Below, piece after piece: positions 36,506 through 46,267 of a stretch of 64,000 bases of DNA. Both the position numbers and the translations under genes were made by a program. The first letter of the stretch is position 1; each line of letters begins with the position of its first letter. Source of the stretch: Candidatus Aminicenantes bacterium (GTDB lineage Bacteria; Acidobacteriota; Aminicenantia; Aminicenantales; UBA4085); contig JAPKZI010000010.1 of NCBI GenBank assembly GCA_026393865.1, positions 1,078-65,077 on the forward strand, written 5' to 3'. The notes beneath the pieces were generated by a model, which made no database searches, was not told the DNA's origin, and saw nothing but the letters and a program-made list of their open reading frames with translations.

Positions 36506-37516
36506 ATGGACGAACGGTCGATCGATCAATTTCCGCACGAGGCCGGACCCGTAGCGCCGGCGACGCGGAAGTTCCGGCCGTCCTCTTTTTTCGTCAAGGA
36601 TCGGGTCTGGGTGAACGTCCTTCTCTTCGTTCTGACGGTCCTTTCTCTTTTCGTCGTCGGCGTCAGTTGGAGCACGAGCTATAAATATGCCGAGGAGATC
36701 GGACGGAACCCGGCGTTCGAAGCGGGCTCCGGCGTGTTCCGGGACCCTCAGATCCTCCTCCTCAGCCTGATCTATGCTCTTGTCCTGATCGTCATCCTGC
36801 TCGGGCATGAACTGGGACACTACCTGACCTGCCGGCGCTACGGCATCAGCGCCACCCTGCCCTTTTTCATTCCGGCCCCGACGCTCATCGGGACCATGGG
36901 CGCGTTCATCAGGATCCGCTCGCCGATCGCGGGCAAGAAGCAGCTTTTCGACATCGGCGTGGCTGGGCCGCTGCTGAGCTTCGTCCTGTCCCTGCCCGCG
37001 CTCGTCGTCGGCGTGGCCCTATCCAAGGTCGTTCCGGCCCTGCCGAGGGAAGGGGCGATTTATTTCGGCGAACCGCTCCTCCTGAAGATCATCGGCGGCC
37101 TGTTGATCAAGAATGCCGGGCCGAACCATGACCTCATCCTTCATCCCGTCGCCTTCGCCGGTTGGGTGGGGCTCCTCGTGACGGCCATGAATCTCTTCCC
37201 CCTCGGGCAGTTGGACGGCGGCCATGTCTCCTACGCCATTCTCGGCCCGAAGGCCAAAATCGTCGCCCGCGTGTTCCTGGGCGTCTTCATCGTCATGGGC
37301 CTCTTCTTCTGGGCGGGCTGGCTCATCTGGGCGCTTGTCATCCTTCTCCTGGGCCTGAAGCATCCGCCGACATGGGACGAGACCGCGCCCATCGGAAGGA
37401 AGCGGCGGATCATCGGCGCCCTCGTCGTCGTCATCTTCATTCTGTCCTTTATTCCCGACCCCATCCAGGGATATAATGGGCTCGATCTCATTCGACAAAT
37501 ATGGCCCCTGAAATGA
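36506..37516 (+). CDS. Site-2-protease family (M50) intramembrane metalloprotease
   Basis: HELGHY motif within a TM helix. Multiple TM segments. Confidence 0.8.
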   Translation: MDERSIDQFPHEAGPVAPATRKFRPSSFFVKDRVWVNVLLFVLTVLSLFVVGVSWSTSYKYAEEIGRNPAFEAGSGVFRDPQILLLSLIYALVLIVILLGHELGHYLTCRRYGISATLPFFIPAPTLIGTMGAFIRIRSPIAGKKQLFDIGVAGPLLSFVLSLPALVVGVALSKVVPALPREGAIYFGEPLLLKIIGGLLIKNAGPNHDLILHPVAFAGWVGLLVTAMNLFPLGQLDGGHVSYAILGPKAKIVARVFLGVFIVMGLFFWAGWLIWALVILLLGLKHPPTWDETAPIGRKRRIIGALVVVIFILSFIPDPIQGYNGLDLIRQIWPLK

Positions 37517-37714
37517 TCAGAGTTATTCACAAAAACTGTGGAAAAAATGTGGAAAACGGCTGGGACGAACGTCCAAATCAGCGAAAATTCATCAAGATAC
37601 GACGATTTGCACAAGAATCTGTCATGTCTTATAACTAGCACATAATAAATGATTTATAAATGTATTGATTTTAAACGAGTTGTGACGGAGAGGCGCGGCT
37701 AAGAGGGGGTATCG

Positions 37715-38548
37715 ATGGAAAACACGTTCAGCGGAGTCATCGAAGCTTTCAATACCCTGAAGACGAAGTTCCAGGCCGGCGATATCTCGCGCCAGGAATT
37801 CATCGACGAGATGAAAAAACTGCGGATCAAGGATGATCAGGGCCGGTTCTGGATGATCGGCGCCCAGACCGGCAAATGGTATTTCTTCGACGGCAAGGAC
37901 TGGGTCCAAACCGATCCGCCGTCCCTCAAAGAGAAAAAAGCGATCTGCATCTATTGCGGATTCGAGAACAAGCCGGAGGCGGAGGTCTGCGCCCGCTGCG
38001 GCGGGAACATCGGAGAAGGTCCGGCGCTCTGTCCGAAGTGCGGGTCGAAGCTCCAGAAGCCGTTCATGACCTGTCCCCAATGCGGTACCGGACAGGCGGT
38101 CGAGGTCCGCCCGCCGGGGGCGAAGCCCTCCGGGCCGAAAACCGGAGCCCCGATCGCCGAATGGCGGGGGGCCTTTGTCCTGCGCTCCGTCCACCCGACC
38201 TCGATGTTCTTTTTCGGCGGGATCCTCGGCCTTCTAGTCGGGATTATCGGCGGCGCCTTCGCCGGCGCGACGGGCTACTTTTCCAAATCTTTGACCTTTC
38301 TTCCAACGGGCCTGGCGAATCTCCAGGGCAAGCTCCTCGGCGGGGCGGTCTTCGGCCTGTTGGGAGGCGTGCTCGGATTCCTGGCGATCGGCTATCTCGT
38401 CTTTCTCAAGGCCGTGATCATGAATTTCATTCTGTCGTTGATCGGGGGACTCAAGTTCCAGGTCCACCCGGTCTCCAAGAAAAGGAAAAAGACCCTGGTG
38501 TATGAGGAATCGGATTACCGCGAGGACGATTCCGAAACTAGGGATTGA
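37715..38548 (+). CDS. Membrane protein with a double zinc-ribbon and a C-terminal Gly-rich TM region
   Basis: CIYCG...CARCG and CPKCG...CPQCG ribbons, then glycine-rich hydrophobic helices. No family assigned. Confidence 0.5.
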   Translation: MENTFSGVIEAFNTLKTKFQAGDISRQEFIDEMKKLRIKDDQGRFWMIGAQTGKWYFFDGKDWVQTDPPSLKEKKAICIYCGFENKPEAEVCARCGGNIGEGPALCPKCGSKLQKPFMTCPQCGTGQAVEVRPPGAKPSGPKTGAPIAEWRGAFVLRSVHPTSMFFFGGILGLLVGIIGGAFAGATGYFSKSLTFLPTGLANLQGKLLGGAVFGLLGGVLGFLAIGYLVFLKAVIMNFILSLIGGLKFQVHPVSKKRKKTLVYEESDYREDDSETRD

Positions 38549-40817
38549 GCCCTCGGCCCGATTTCAGAAGGGCTAAGGCGTAAGCGATCTGGCCCATCGA
38601 GAGGGATTCATCGTTCGGGGAATAATAGAGCGGCCTGAGGACCTTCATCCCCTTGTCCGTCAACGCCCTCGAAGTCTGGGAGAGCAGTTTTTTGTTGAGA
38701 AAAACGCCGCCGCAGAGGACGACCGTGGTGATCCCGTGCTCTTCTCGCGCCTTTTCGGAGACTTCGGTGATGAGCCGGGCCAACGTCGCCTGAAATTTCG
38801 CCGCGATCCGCGAGGCGGGAAGGCCGCGCCGGACATCGGCGAGGACCGCCCGGATGGTCTCTCCAAAGGAAACGCGATGAGGTTCGTCCGGCTCCGTCAA
38901 CAGAAAAGGATAGGATGACCGGGAGAGAGGCGAGGCGGCGGCCTCCAAACGCATGGCCGCTTCGGCTTCGAACTCGTTCTCGATGGGAGCGATCCCCGTG
39001 AGCGCGGCCACGGCATCGAACAACCGGCCGCAGCTGGTCGAACGCGGCGAACGGATCCCGTTTTCCATCATCTCGAGAACGCCCCGGACCTTTCTCTCCT
39101 CTACGTCTTTGAGGGTCCCGACCCTAGGGAAGGGCGAGATCCCGGCTTGGCGCAGATAGGCCGCGGCCATCCGCCAAGGCTGCTTGGCCGCGGCGTCGCC
39201 TCCCGGAAGAGGGACGGGCTCGAAATGGGCGAACCGTTCAAAGCCGAAATGGTCGGCCAGGAGGAACTCTCCCCCCCAGGCCGATCCGTCCGCTCCGTAT
39301 CCGTAGCCGTCCCAGGCGACGCCCAGGACCCTGGTCCCGGGCGGGAGGCCGTGCTCAAGCAGCGCGGCCAGTATATGAGCGTGGTGATGCTGGACCATGA
39401 GGTGGGGAAGGCCGAGCTTCCGGGCATAGCGGGTCGTATGGAAATCCGGGTGCATATCCGAGACGACGCAAACCGGCTTGACGTCGAACAGTCTCTCCAG
39501 ATGTTGAACGGTCTCCTCGAAATAAAGGTGATTGCGGTAGTCGTCGAGATCTCCCAGGAACTGGCTGGTGACCACGTAGCCGTTCTTATAGACGGAGACC
39601 GTGTCTTTGAGCTCGCCGCCGAGGGCGAGAACGCTTTCCGAGGCGCGGAGGGCCTCCGGAACTTTCTGGGGATAGGGGACGTAGCCGCGCGCCCGCCGGA
39701 TGAACAGGGGAGCCTTGTCGACGATCTTGACCACGGAATCGTCCGCCCTCATTTCGATGGGCCGGTCGTGCCCGAGGACGAAATCGCAGAGACGTTCGAT
39801 CCCCTCGTCGTCCTCTTTCATGATGGGCGAGTCCTTCGGGTTCGAGCTCGTCGCGACGACGAGCTTCAGGTCTTCGAGCAGAAGATAGTGGAGCGGCGTG
39901 TAGGGCAGGAGGAAACCGATCTCGTCGAGGTTCGGGGCGATGCCGGCGATGTCCCGCTTCTTTTTCAAAAGGACGATGGGCCGCCGCTCGGATAGGAGCC
40001 ATTGGCGTTCGGCGGGCGCCAGTCGGGCGTATCGCTCGACGGTCTTCACGTCCAAAGCCATGAGGGCCAGGGGTTTCGTCCGGCGCCCCTTGATCTTCCG
40101 GAGACGGTCGACGGCGCTGGGCCTGAGCGGATCGCAGACGAGATGAAATCCTCCGATCCCTTTGACCGCCAGGATCTTTCCCTTGTTGATCAGCCCGACC
40201 GCGGCCTCGATTCCCCCGGGGACGCTCCTGCCCGTCCCCGCTTCGCGGAGGGTGATGGAGGGCCCGCAGCGCGGGCAAGCGATCGGCTGGGCGTGGTATC
40301 TCCGGTCCAGAGGGTTGTGATACTCGGCCGAGCAGTCCGGGCACATCCGGAAAGCGGCCATGGTCGTGTTCGGCCGGTCATAAGGCAGCTTTTGGACGAT
40401 CGTATAGCGGGGACCGCAGTCCGTGCAGTTGGTGAAGGGGTAGCGGAAACGGCGGTCGCGCGGATCGGCGATGTCCCGGCGGCAGTTCGCGCACGTCGAA
40501 ATGTCGGGCGAGATGAAAACGAAGCTCTCGCCTCCCTTGGAGCGTTCGACCGCGAAGCCTTTGAACCCCTCGAAGGCCGCCCGCCTCTCTGTCACTCGTT
40601 CGATGCGGGCCAGGGGGGGCTTGTCTCGTTCGAGGGCCTCCAGAAATCCGGCGAAACCGCTCGCTTCCCGGGACTCGAGGTGGATATCGACGCCGCCGCC
40701 GGCGTTCTTGACCCAGCCGTTGAGGCCATGCCGGATGGCCAAGCGGTAAATGAACGGCCTGAAGCCGACGCCTTGGACGACGCCGAAGACGGTGAGCCGC
40801 AGCGCCCGGCCTTTCAT
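38538..40817 (-). CDS. hypF: Carbamoyltransferase HypF ([NiFe]-hydrogenase maturation factor)
   Basis: Acylphosphatase domain (VQGVGFRPFIYRLA). Two CxxC Zn fingers. YrdC-like and Kae1-like carbamoyltransferase domains. 759 aa. Confidence 0.9.
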   Translation of the reverse strand: MKGRALRLTVFGVVQGVGFRPFIYRLAIRHGLNGWVKNAGGGVDIHLESREASGFAGFLEALERDKPPLARIERVTERRAAFEGFKGFAVERSKGGESFVFISPDISTCANCRRDIADPRDRRFRYPFTNCTDCGPRYTIVQKLPYDRPNTTMAAFRMCPDCSAEYHNPLDRRYHAQPIACPRCGPSITLREAGTGRSVPGGIEAAVGLINKGKILAVKGIGGFHLVCDPLRPSAVDRLRKIKGRRTKPLALMALDVKTVERYARLAPAERQWLLSERRPIVLLKKKRDIAGIAPNLDEIGFLLPYTPLHYLLLEDLKLVVATSSNPKDSPIMKEDDEGIERLCDFVLGHDRPIEMRADDSVVKIVDKAPLFIRRARGYVPYPQKVPEALRASESVLALGGELKDTVSVYKNGYVVTSQFLGDLDDYRNHLYFEETVQHLERLFDVKPVCVVSDMHPDFHTTRYARKLGLPHLMVQHHHAHILAALLEHGLPPGTRVLGVAWDGYGYGADGSAWGGEFLLADHFGFERFAHFEPVPLPGGDAAAKQPWRMAAAYLRQAGISPFPRVGTLKDVEERKVRGVLEMMENGIRSPRSTSCGRLFDAVAALTGIAPIENEFEAEAAMRLEAAASPLSRSSYPFLLTEPDEPHRVSFGETIRAVLADVRRGLPASRIAAKFQATLARLITEVSEKAREEHGITTVVLCGGVFLNKKLLSQTSRALTDKGMKVLRPLYYSPNDESLSMGQIAYALALLKSGRGLNP

Positions 40818-41359
40818 ATAGGGTCCCGGCGGCTATATACGCATCCGCAGTAGTTCTGCCGGTAAAGCCCGTAGCGGCGGCTGATCTCGATGCTTTTTTG
40901 AAAGCCGCCCTTCTTCTTGAAGTCGCCCTCCAGGAACTGAAGGTTGTATTTCCATCCTGTCAGGCGGCCGATCCGGTTCAGGACATCCGCTTTTTTCCAG
41001 GGGCTGACGCTCATGATGGTGGTGAAGGCGGGCAGTCCGAGCTCGAGGGCCTTGCGGGCCGTCCGGTCGAGGCGGACGGCATAGCAAATATCGCAGCGGC
41101 GCCCTTTCTCCGGCTCCCCCTTGAATCGATCGGTGAACTTCAGCCAGAGGTCCTGATCGTATTCACCCTCGAGGACATCGAGGCCGAGGATCCGGCCGAC
41201 TTTATTCGTCTCCGCCAGGCGGAGATCGTATTCCGGGCTTGGCCAGATATTGGGATTGTAAAAAAACCCCGTGACGGCATGATCGTGTTGAAGAAGCTCG
41301 ATGACGTACGAGGCATCGGGGGCGCAACAGATGTGAGCGAGGAGCTTGGGCAATGCCAT
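40814..41359 (-). CDS. queH: Epoxyqueuosine reductase QueH (DUF208)
   Basis: Conserved CCAPC-type Cys motifs (HICCAPDASY ... CDICY ... YCGC). About 180 aa. Confidence 0.8.
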   Translation of the reverse strand: MALPKLLAHICCAPDASYVIELLQHDHAVTGFFYNPNIWPSPEYDLRLAETNKVGRILGLDVLEGEYDQDLWLKFTDRFKGEPEKGRRCDICYAVRLDRTARKALELGLPAFTTIMSVSPWKKADVLNRIGRLTGWKYNLQFLEGDFKKKGGFQKSIEISRRYGLYRQNYCGCVYSRRDPI

Positions 41360-41407
41360 ATTTCTATTTTAAGCCCGAAGCGGGATAGGGTCAACGGCGG
41401 CCGGACC

Positions 41408-42022
41408 CTAGCGGAATTTCTCGATCTCGTTTATATAATGGAGGATCTTGCGGTTCAGCTTGTCGATCTGGACGTAGTGGCCCAGGAATTCCTTTTGCTC
41501 GGGGCGGTCCTCGTCGATCAGCGTCCCGAGCCGGAGGAATTCGTCGGCTTTCTGGAGGTCGATGGCTTTCAAGGCCTGCTGGCCGGCCCGGATCTTCCGC
41601 TCGCCGTCCTTGATCTCTTTTTTGAGACTTTTTTCCTGTTCCCGGGCGGCGTTCAGCTCATGGTTGTCCGGGTGCCGTCCGTCCTCTTTGAGATTCAAAA
41701 GCCGCTTTTTCGTCTGCCTGGCCTCATCCTGCCTCTTTTGAAGCTCGATGATGAGGGACAGGACGTTCTTGAGCTCGGCCTGACGCTCCGCGCCCTGTTG
41801 CTCCAGCTGGTCCAGGCGACGGATGAAAGGCTGGTACTTTTCTTCGGGGATCTTGGCCGTCCAGGCGGCCCGCCCCAGATCTTTCACGAGCTCGCTCTTC
41901 CTTCGCTTTTCGCGGTTGAGCCGGATCCGGATCTGGGCCCGTTTCATCCGCTTCCTGGCCCCAGAAAGAAACTCGTTCAGCCGCTCGCGCAGCTCCTTGT
42001 CCCGGAGGAAGATGAAGGCCAA
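41408..42022 (-). CDS. Coiled-coil protein, probably N-terminally membrane-anchored; start codon uncertain
   Basis: Highly charged coiled-coil sequence. The track's start is TTG. The in-frame upstream sequence encodes a hydrophobic helix (LPYWILWLLLCVILLLLAFIFL) with no ATG before a stop at ~42130. Confidence 0.45.
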   Translation of the reverse strand: MAFIFLRDKELRERLNEFLSGARKRMKRAQIRIRLNREKRRKSELVKDLGRAAWTAKIPEEKYQPFIRRLDQLEQQGAERQAELKNVLSLIIELQKRQDEARQTKKRLLNLKEDGRHPDNHELNAAREQEKSLKKEIKDGERKIRAGQQALKAIDLQKADEFLRLGTLIDEDRPEQKEFLGHYVQIDKLNRKILHYINEIEKFR

Positions 42023-42185
42023 GAGGAGGAGAATGACGCAGAGGAGGAGCCACAGAATCCAGTAGGGGAGTCCTTCTCTCGCGATCTCCGGCGCGGCCTG
42101 GAGGTCCCATGCGGATTTCAGCGTCCTGAATCTCCTTGTCCGAGAATGTCTTTGTCTCTTTTTTTATGGGAACGGGCGGGCTTTG

Positions 42186-43229
42186 TCAATCTTTTTTGAA
42201 CAGGCGCCTCTTCAGGTCGAAGACAGCCGGGCCGAGGGGGCGATAGTCGCGGATGGCCAGGTCGATGAGATAGGCCATCGCCGGCAGGTTTTCCTCGAAG
42301 ATCGGATCGATGTCCTCCTGGCGGTTGAAGAATCCTCCGGAGGCCCAGTCGATCGGGGTAAGCTCGATCGTATAAGCCGGGATGCCGCTGATCGCGAAAG
42401 CCCAGTCCGTCACGTCGCCGTTCGTGAGGTAGAGGGCGTCGCCGGACTGCCCGTATTCGTAGAGGCGGCCGTTGACGGCCTGGATCCTCGCGGACATCTC
42501 CGCCGCGATCTCTTTGAGTGTCATCACTCCGTCCGGCGGCTGTTTGGTGTACCCCCAGGGATATAGGATGACCTGGCTGTAACTGTGGAAGGAGATCAAC
42601 GCCTGAAAGTTCTTTTTGAGATACAGGTCCCGCACCGCCCTTGTTTCGGGTTCGGAAAAAGGCGTGGAGCCCCGGTAGACCTCGGAGGCGGGATTGGGGC
42701 TGGAGCCCAAGTCATCGATTCCCCATTTGTAGCCGTAGTTCCGGTTGAGGTCCACGCCGTAATCGCCGCCGCCGTTGTCGCGCCTGTTCTTCCGCCACAA
42801 GCGATAGCCGTGGAGGGTGTATTCCAGTCCGTCGGGATTGACGAGGGGGATGATCCAGATCTCGCTCTGGTCGACGAAGCGCCTGACGGCGGGATCGGAG
42901 GCGTAGTGCTCGGCCAGGTATTTGCCCATGAGAAACGGCACTTCGACCGAGATCCATTCCCGGGCATGATGGCAGCCGAGGAACAGGACCTCGGGTTCGT
43001 CCTCCTCGACAAGGACGTTGTCGCTGATCTTGATCGCGTAGAGGTTCCTTTTTTCCAGGCTGTCGCCGATGTCGAAGACTTTGACGATGTCCGGATATTT
43101 GTGCTGAAGAGCGAATATATCCGCTTCGAGCTCTAGATAGGAATGGTAGGCTCCGTTGATCCCCTGGGGATAGGCGGCCGCGCTCAGGAGGAGGGTCAAG
43201 ACGATGAGAAGCGTGTTTTGGGCCTTCAT
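42186..43229 (-). CDS. Secreted M14-family zinc carboxypeptidase
   Basis: Signal peptide. HHAREW zinc-ligand motif. Classic M14 core. Confidence 0.8.
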   Translation of the reverse strand: MKAQNTLLIVLTLLLSAAAYPQGINGAYHSYLELEADIFALQHKYPDIVKVFDIGDSLEKRNLYAIKISDNVLVEEDEPEVLFLGCHHAREWISVEVPFLMGKYLAEHYASDPAVRRFVDQSEIWIIPLVNPDGLEYTLHGYRLWRKNRRDNGGGDYGVDLNRNYGYKWGIDDLGSSPNPASEVYRGSTPFSEPETRAVRDLYLKKNFQALISFHSYSQVILYPWGYTKQPPDGVMTLKEIAAEMSARIQAVNGRLYEYGQSGDALYLTNGDVTDWAFAISGIPAYTIELTPIDWASGGFFNRQEDIDPIFEENLPAMAYLIDLAIRDYRPLGPAVFDLKRRLFKKD

Positions 43230-43238
43230 GCGACTCTA

Positions 43239-44489
43239 TTATAGACTAAAACCCAGCGAAACCGCGAATCGTTTCACGGCCAAGCGGTTCCCCGAGCCCG
43301 ATTCCCGGCCGAGGAGCGCCCCCATATCGAGGCGCAGACGATGCCAATAAATCCCGTTGCCGAAGGTGAAACAGGCATAGGCGGAGCGGGGATCCGTCAT
43401 GGGTTGGGGATCGTAGACGAAGCCGATCCTAAACGGGATCCGGGCGTTCGCTCCGAAGATCCGTGTCGTCGTTCCATACTCCGCGCCGACCCCGATCCTG
43501 ACGATATCCTCGAACTCCCGGGTCTGTCTTTCGCCGAAATAATCCAGGGCGTATTTCGACCAGGCGAAGTAGGTCGCGTCCACGGACAGGGTCAATTCGG
43601 GGAGGACACGGCCGCTCAAGCCCAATCCGAGGATGAGCGGCTGGTCGGCTGTGTCTTTCGAGGAGGTCGTCAGACCGATATCGGTATTATAAGGTGGCGT
43701 ATACGTGTAGCGGACTGTGCTGCTGTTTTTGGCCTTCAAGGCATAGGGCGCCCTCACCACGGCCGCGGTTTTAAACGCGTCCGAAATCTCGAAGAGGAGA
43801 CCCCCCTGGATATAATAACCGCTGAAGTCCTGTGATTTCGTGTCGAGAAGCGTATAACCGACAGGGGTTTCCCGCTCCAAAGTCTCCCTGTCCAGGCGTC
43901 CAAGAACGTAATTCAAGCCGATTCCGAGGCTGAGGCGGGGACCGAGCCGATGCCCCACGGAAAAATTGAACGTCCTCAGCCAGCCCGTCTGGGTGAAGCG
44001 AAGGAGATATGTATAAGTCGAGTTAGAATAGGTCTCTTCGTAAGCGGCCTCGGGCCGATCGAATAGCTCGGCCTGGGAGACATTCAATGCGAATGACCAT
44101 CCCTCGAGACGGAAGGCGAGACCGGCGAAGTCCAGCCCGGCCAGGCTCAGGCCGATGTTCCCGTCGGACCTCAAGACGCCTGTGTTCACCAGCCCGTATT
44201 TGAAAAGCTCGGCGGCTTGGTAGCTGCCGTTCATGTGGAACTGGAATTTCGGCAGACCCGCGAGCAGGGCGGGATTGGACACCGCCGCGGAAGCGTCCGA
44301 GGCCAGGGCAAAAGCGGTCCCTCCCCGGCCGAGCGCGGCCGCGGCCGTATAAGGAAAGGAGTTCCAAGTTCGAAGAGGCGCCTCGGCCTGATATTGCCCG
44401 AGAATGAGCTGCGCGGAAACCGAGGAGGGGAGCAGGGCTAAAAAGCCAAAGAGTAGACAGAAAACCTTTCCGGCCCGCTCCCTTTTCAT
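43239..44489 (-). CDS. Putative outer-membrane beta-barrel protein
   Basis: Signal peptide. Alternating amphipathic beta-strand pattern. Aromatic-rich C-terminus. Confidence 0.45.
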   Translation of the reverse strand: MKRERAGKVFCLLFGFLALLPSSVSAQLILGQYQAEAPLRTWNSFPYTAAAALGRGGTAFALASDASAAVSNPALLAGLPKFQFHMNGSYQAAELFKYGLVNTGVLRSDGNIGLSLAGLDFAGLAFRLEGWSFALNVSQAELFDRPEAAYEETYSNSTYTYLLRFTQTGWLRTFNFSVGHRLGPRLSLGIGLNYVLGRLDRETLERETPVGYTLLDTKSQDFSGYYIQGGLLFEISDAFKTAAVVRAPYALKAKNSSTVRYTYTPPYNTDIGLTTSSKDTADQPLILGLGLSGRVLPELTLSVDATYFAWSKYALDYFGERQTREFEDIVRIGVGAEYGTTTRIFGANARIPFRIGFVYDPQPMTDPRSAYACFTFGNGIYWHRLRLDMGALLGRESGSGNRLAVKRFAVSLGFSL

Positions 44490-44596
44490 GGCCCCGATAT
44501 TATAAAGCCAGGTTCCGGGATTTGCAAATCGGGAAAAGCTATGCTATAAAAAAATGAAATTTATGGAAGCCATCATAATCTAAGGACGTATTCGTT

Positions 44597-45586
44597 ATGG
44601 ACAACAAGAGACGCATTAAAATCATCGGGACGGGATTCTATGTCCCCGAGCAGATCCTGACCAACGCCGACCTGGAAAAGATGGTCGACACCACGGACGA
44701 ATGGATCGTCACCCGGTCGGGCATCCGGGAGCGGCACATCGCCGCCGCGGACCAAGCCACATCCGACCTCTGCGTCGAAGCCGGACGACGAGCCTTGAAA
44801 AACGCCCATCTGGAGGTCAAGGATATCGAGCTCATTCTCGTTGCCAATAACACGCCCGATACCGTTTTTCCGGCAACGGCCTGTTGGGTCCAGGCCAAGC
44901 TCGAGGCCGGGAATATCCCGGCGCTCGACGTGATCGCCGGCTGCACGGGGTTCCTCTACGGCCTGATCGTGGCCGAGGGCTTGATCCTGAGCGGAGCGGC
45001 CCGGCGCATTCTCTTGATCGGGGGCGACGCGCTTTCCAAGGTCACGAACTGGAAAGACCGGGGCACGTGCGTCTTGCTCGGCGATGGCGCGGGCGCCGTC
45101 GTCCTCGAAGAAAGCAAGGACGACGCGGGCATGCTGTCGTCGTACTGGAAGGCGGACGGCAGGCTGGCGGAACTTCTCTTTATCCCGGCGGGCGGATCGC
45201 GGAGACCCGCGTCCCTTCAAACCGTGGCCGAAGACGGGCATTATATGTATATGAAAGGCAACGAAGTCTACAGGCATGCCGTCAAACGCATGTCCGAGGC
45301 GGCGGAAGAGGCCTTGAAGAAGGCCGGCCTGAAAAAGGACGACATCGACATTTTCTTGCCCCACCAGGCGAATCTGAGGATCATCGAAGCGGTGGGAGAA
45401 AGATTAAAAATCCCCGGGGAAAAAGTCTACGTCAATATCGAGAGGTACGGCAACATGTCCGTGGCCTGCATTCCGGTCGCCATCCACGAGCTGCGCCAGC
45501 ACAAGAAGCTGAAACCGGGGACGGTCATGGTCCTCGACGGCTTCGGCGCCGGTTTCACCTGGGCTTCGATCGTCTACCGCTGGTAA
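44597..45586 (+). CDS. fabH: 3-oxoacyl-ACP synthase III
   Basis: RIKIIGTGFYVPEQILTNADLEKMVDTTDEWIVTRSGIRERH. Active-site Cys in AGCTGF. C-terminal HQANLRI. Confidence 0.9.
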   Translation: MDNKRRIKIIGTGFYVPEQILTNADLEKMVDTTDEWIVTRSGIRERHIAAADQATSDLCVEAGRRALKNAHLEVKDIELILVANNTPDTVFPATACWVQAKLEAGNIPALDVIAGCTGFLYGLIVAEGLILSGAARRILLIGGDALSKVTNWKDRGTCVLLGDGAGAVVLEESKDDAGMLSSYWKADGRLAELLFIPAGGSRRPASLQTVAEDGHYMYMKGNEVYRHAVKRMSEAAEEALKKAGLKKDDIDIFLPHQANLRIIEAVGERLKIPGEKVYVNIERYGNMSVACIPVAIHELRQHKKLKPGTVMVLDGFGAGFTWASIVYRW

Positions 45587-45617
45587 ACGGGCTCGGGGAA
45601 GAAGCTTGCTCCCTGGC

Positions 45618-45835
45618 GGAAATCTTGACGCCTGCGCGTTTCGGTTTTTTCGGCGGCTGGTACAAATAGTCGACGCGACAGCAGGGTTGGCCCCCGGCCC
45701 CCTGGGGAACCAGTCCCGTCGGTTCCCCCCGGCGAAACGCCGGGGCCCCCCTCCGCTATGGGGGCCTGGGGCCAACCCTGCCGTCGCGTCCTTGAATCAT
45801 CCGCCAAAAAACCGAAACACAGCGGCGAGATTTCC
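45618..45835. repeat. About 218-nt imperfect palindromic element with a GC-rich structured core (MITE- or REP-like, or structured RNA)
   Basis: Outer arms GGAAATCT...TTTCGGTTTTTT...GACGCGACAGCAGGGTTGGCCCC pair with GGGGCCAACCCTGCCGTCGCGTC...AAAAAACCGAAA...AGATTTCC. The core 45700-45730 is the exact reverse complement of the 21124-21154 hairpin. Confidence 0.75.
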
Positions 45836-46134
45836 TTATAGTCGCTTCGCCTTTTTCCCCTCGCCCAAGCTGATAGAAGAGGCGTTGGTTTTTTTATGGC
45901 GCAAGGATCAGATTCGTCGAGTTGTCAATTTGGGAGCGAAGAAGCGGGCGAACGATCTAATTACGGATCGAACGGAACGACAAGATCGGGAAACGGCTGA
46001 GCGACCATGGAGGGTTTAGCCTTTCCGAGCCGTCCTTCGAGGAAAGCCGGCCCGGAAAGGAGGCCGGCCGGCGAAGCATGTTTGAGCTTCCCGGCGAACT
46101 ACCGTAATTTGGAAGCCGGGAAGAGAGTTCTGAG

Positions 46135-46263
46135 CCGCCGAGAAGGACGGGAAGGAAACGGCGTGAAAAACCCGAGTCGGGAGCGAAGACGTTTCCCGAT
46201 CTTGTCTGTAGGACCCGCGACGAGATGAGCGTTCGTCCGCTTCGAGCGAGCTTGTTCCCCGAG
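46135..46263 (-). repeat. Dispersed ~129-nt intergenic repeat, copy B (reverse orientation)
   Basis: Reverse complement is about 84% identical to 32120-32248. Begins right after the tlpA stop. Confidence 0.8.
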
Positions 46264-46267
46264 CCCT

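Noticed and set aside
45606-46228. Track ORFs 45606-46019 and 46007-46228 in the fabH-tlpA gap
   Set aside because: Low-complexity Arg/Pro/Gly translations with no start context. The region is better explained as structured non-coding repeats.
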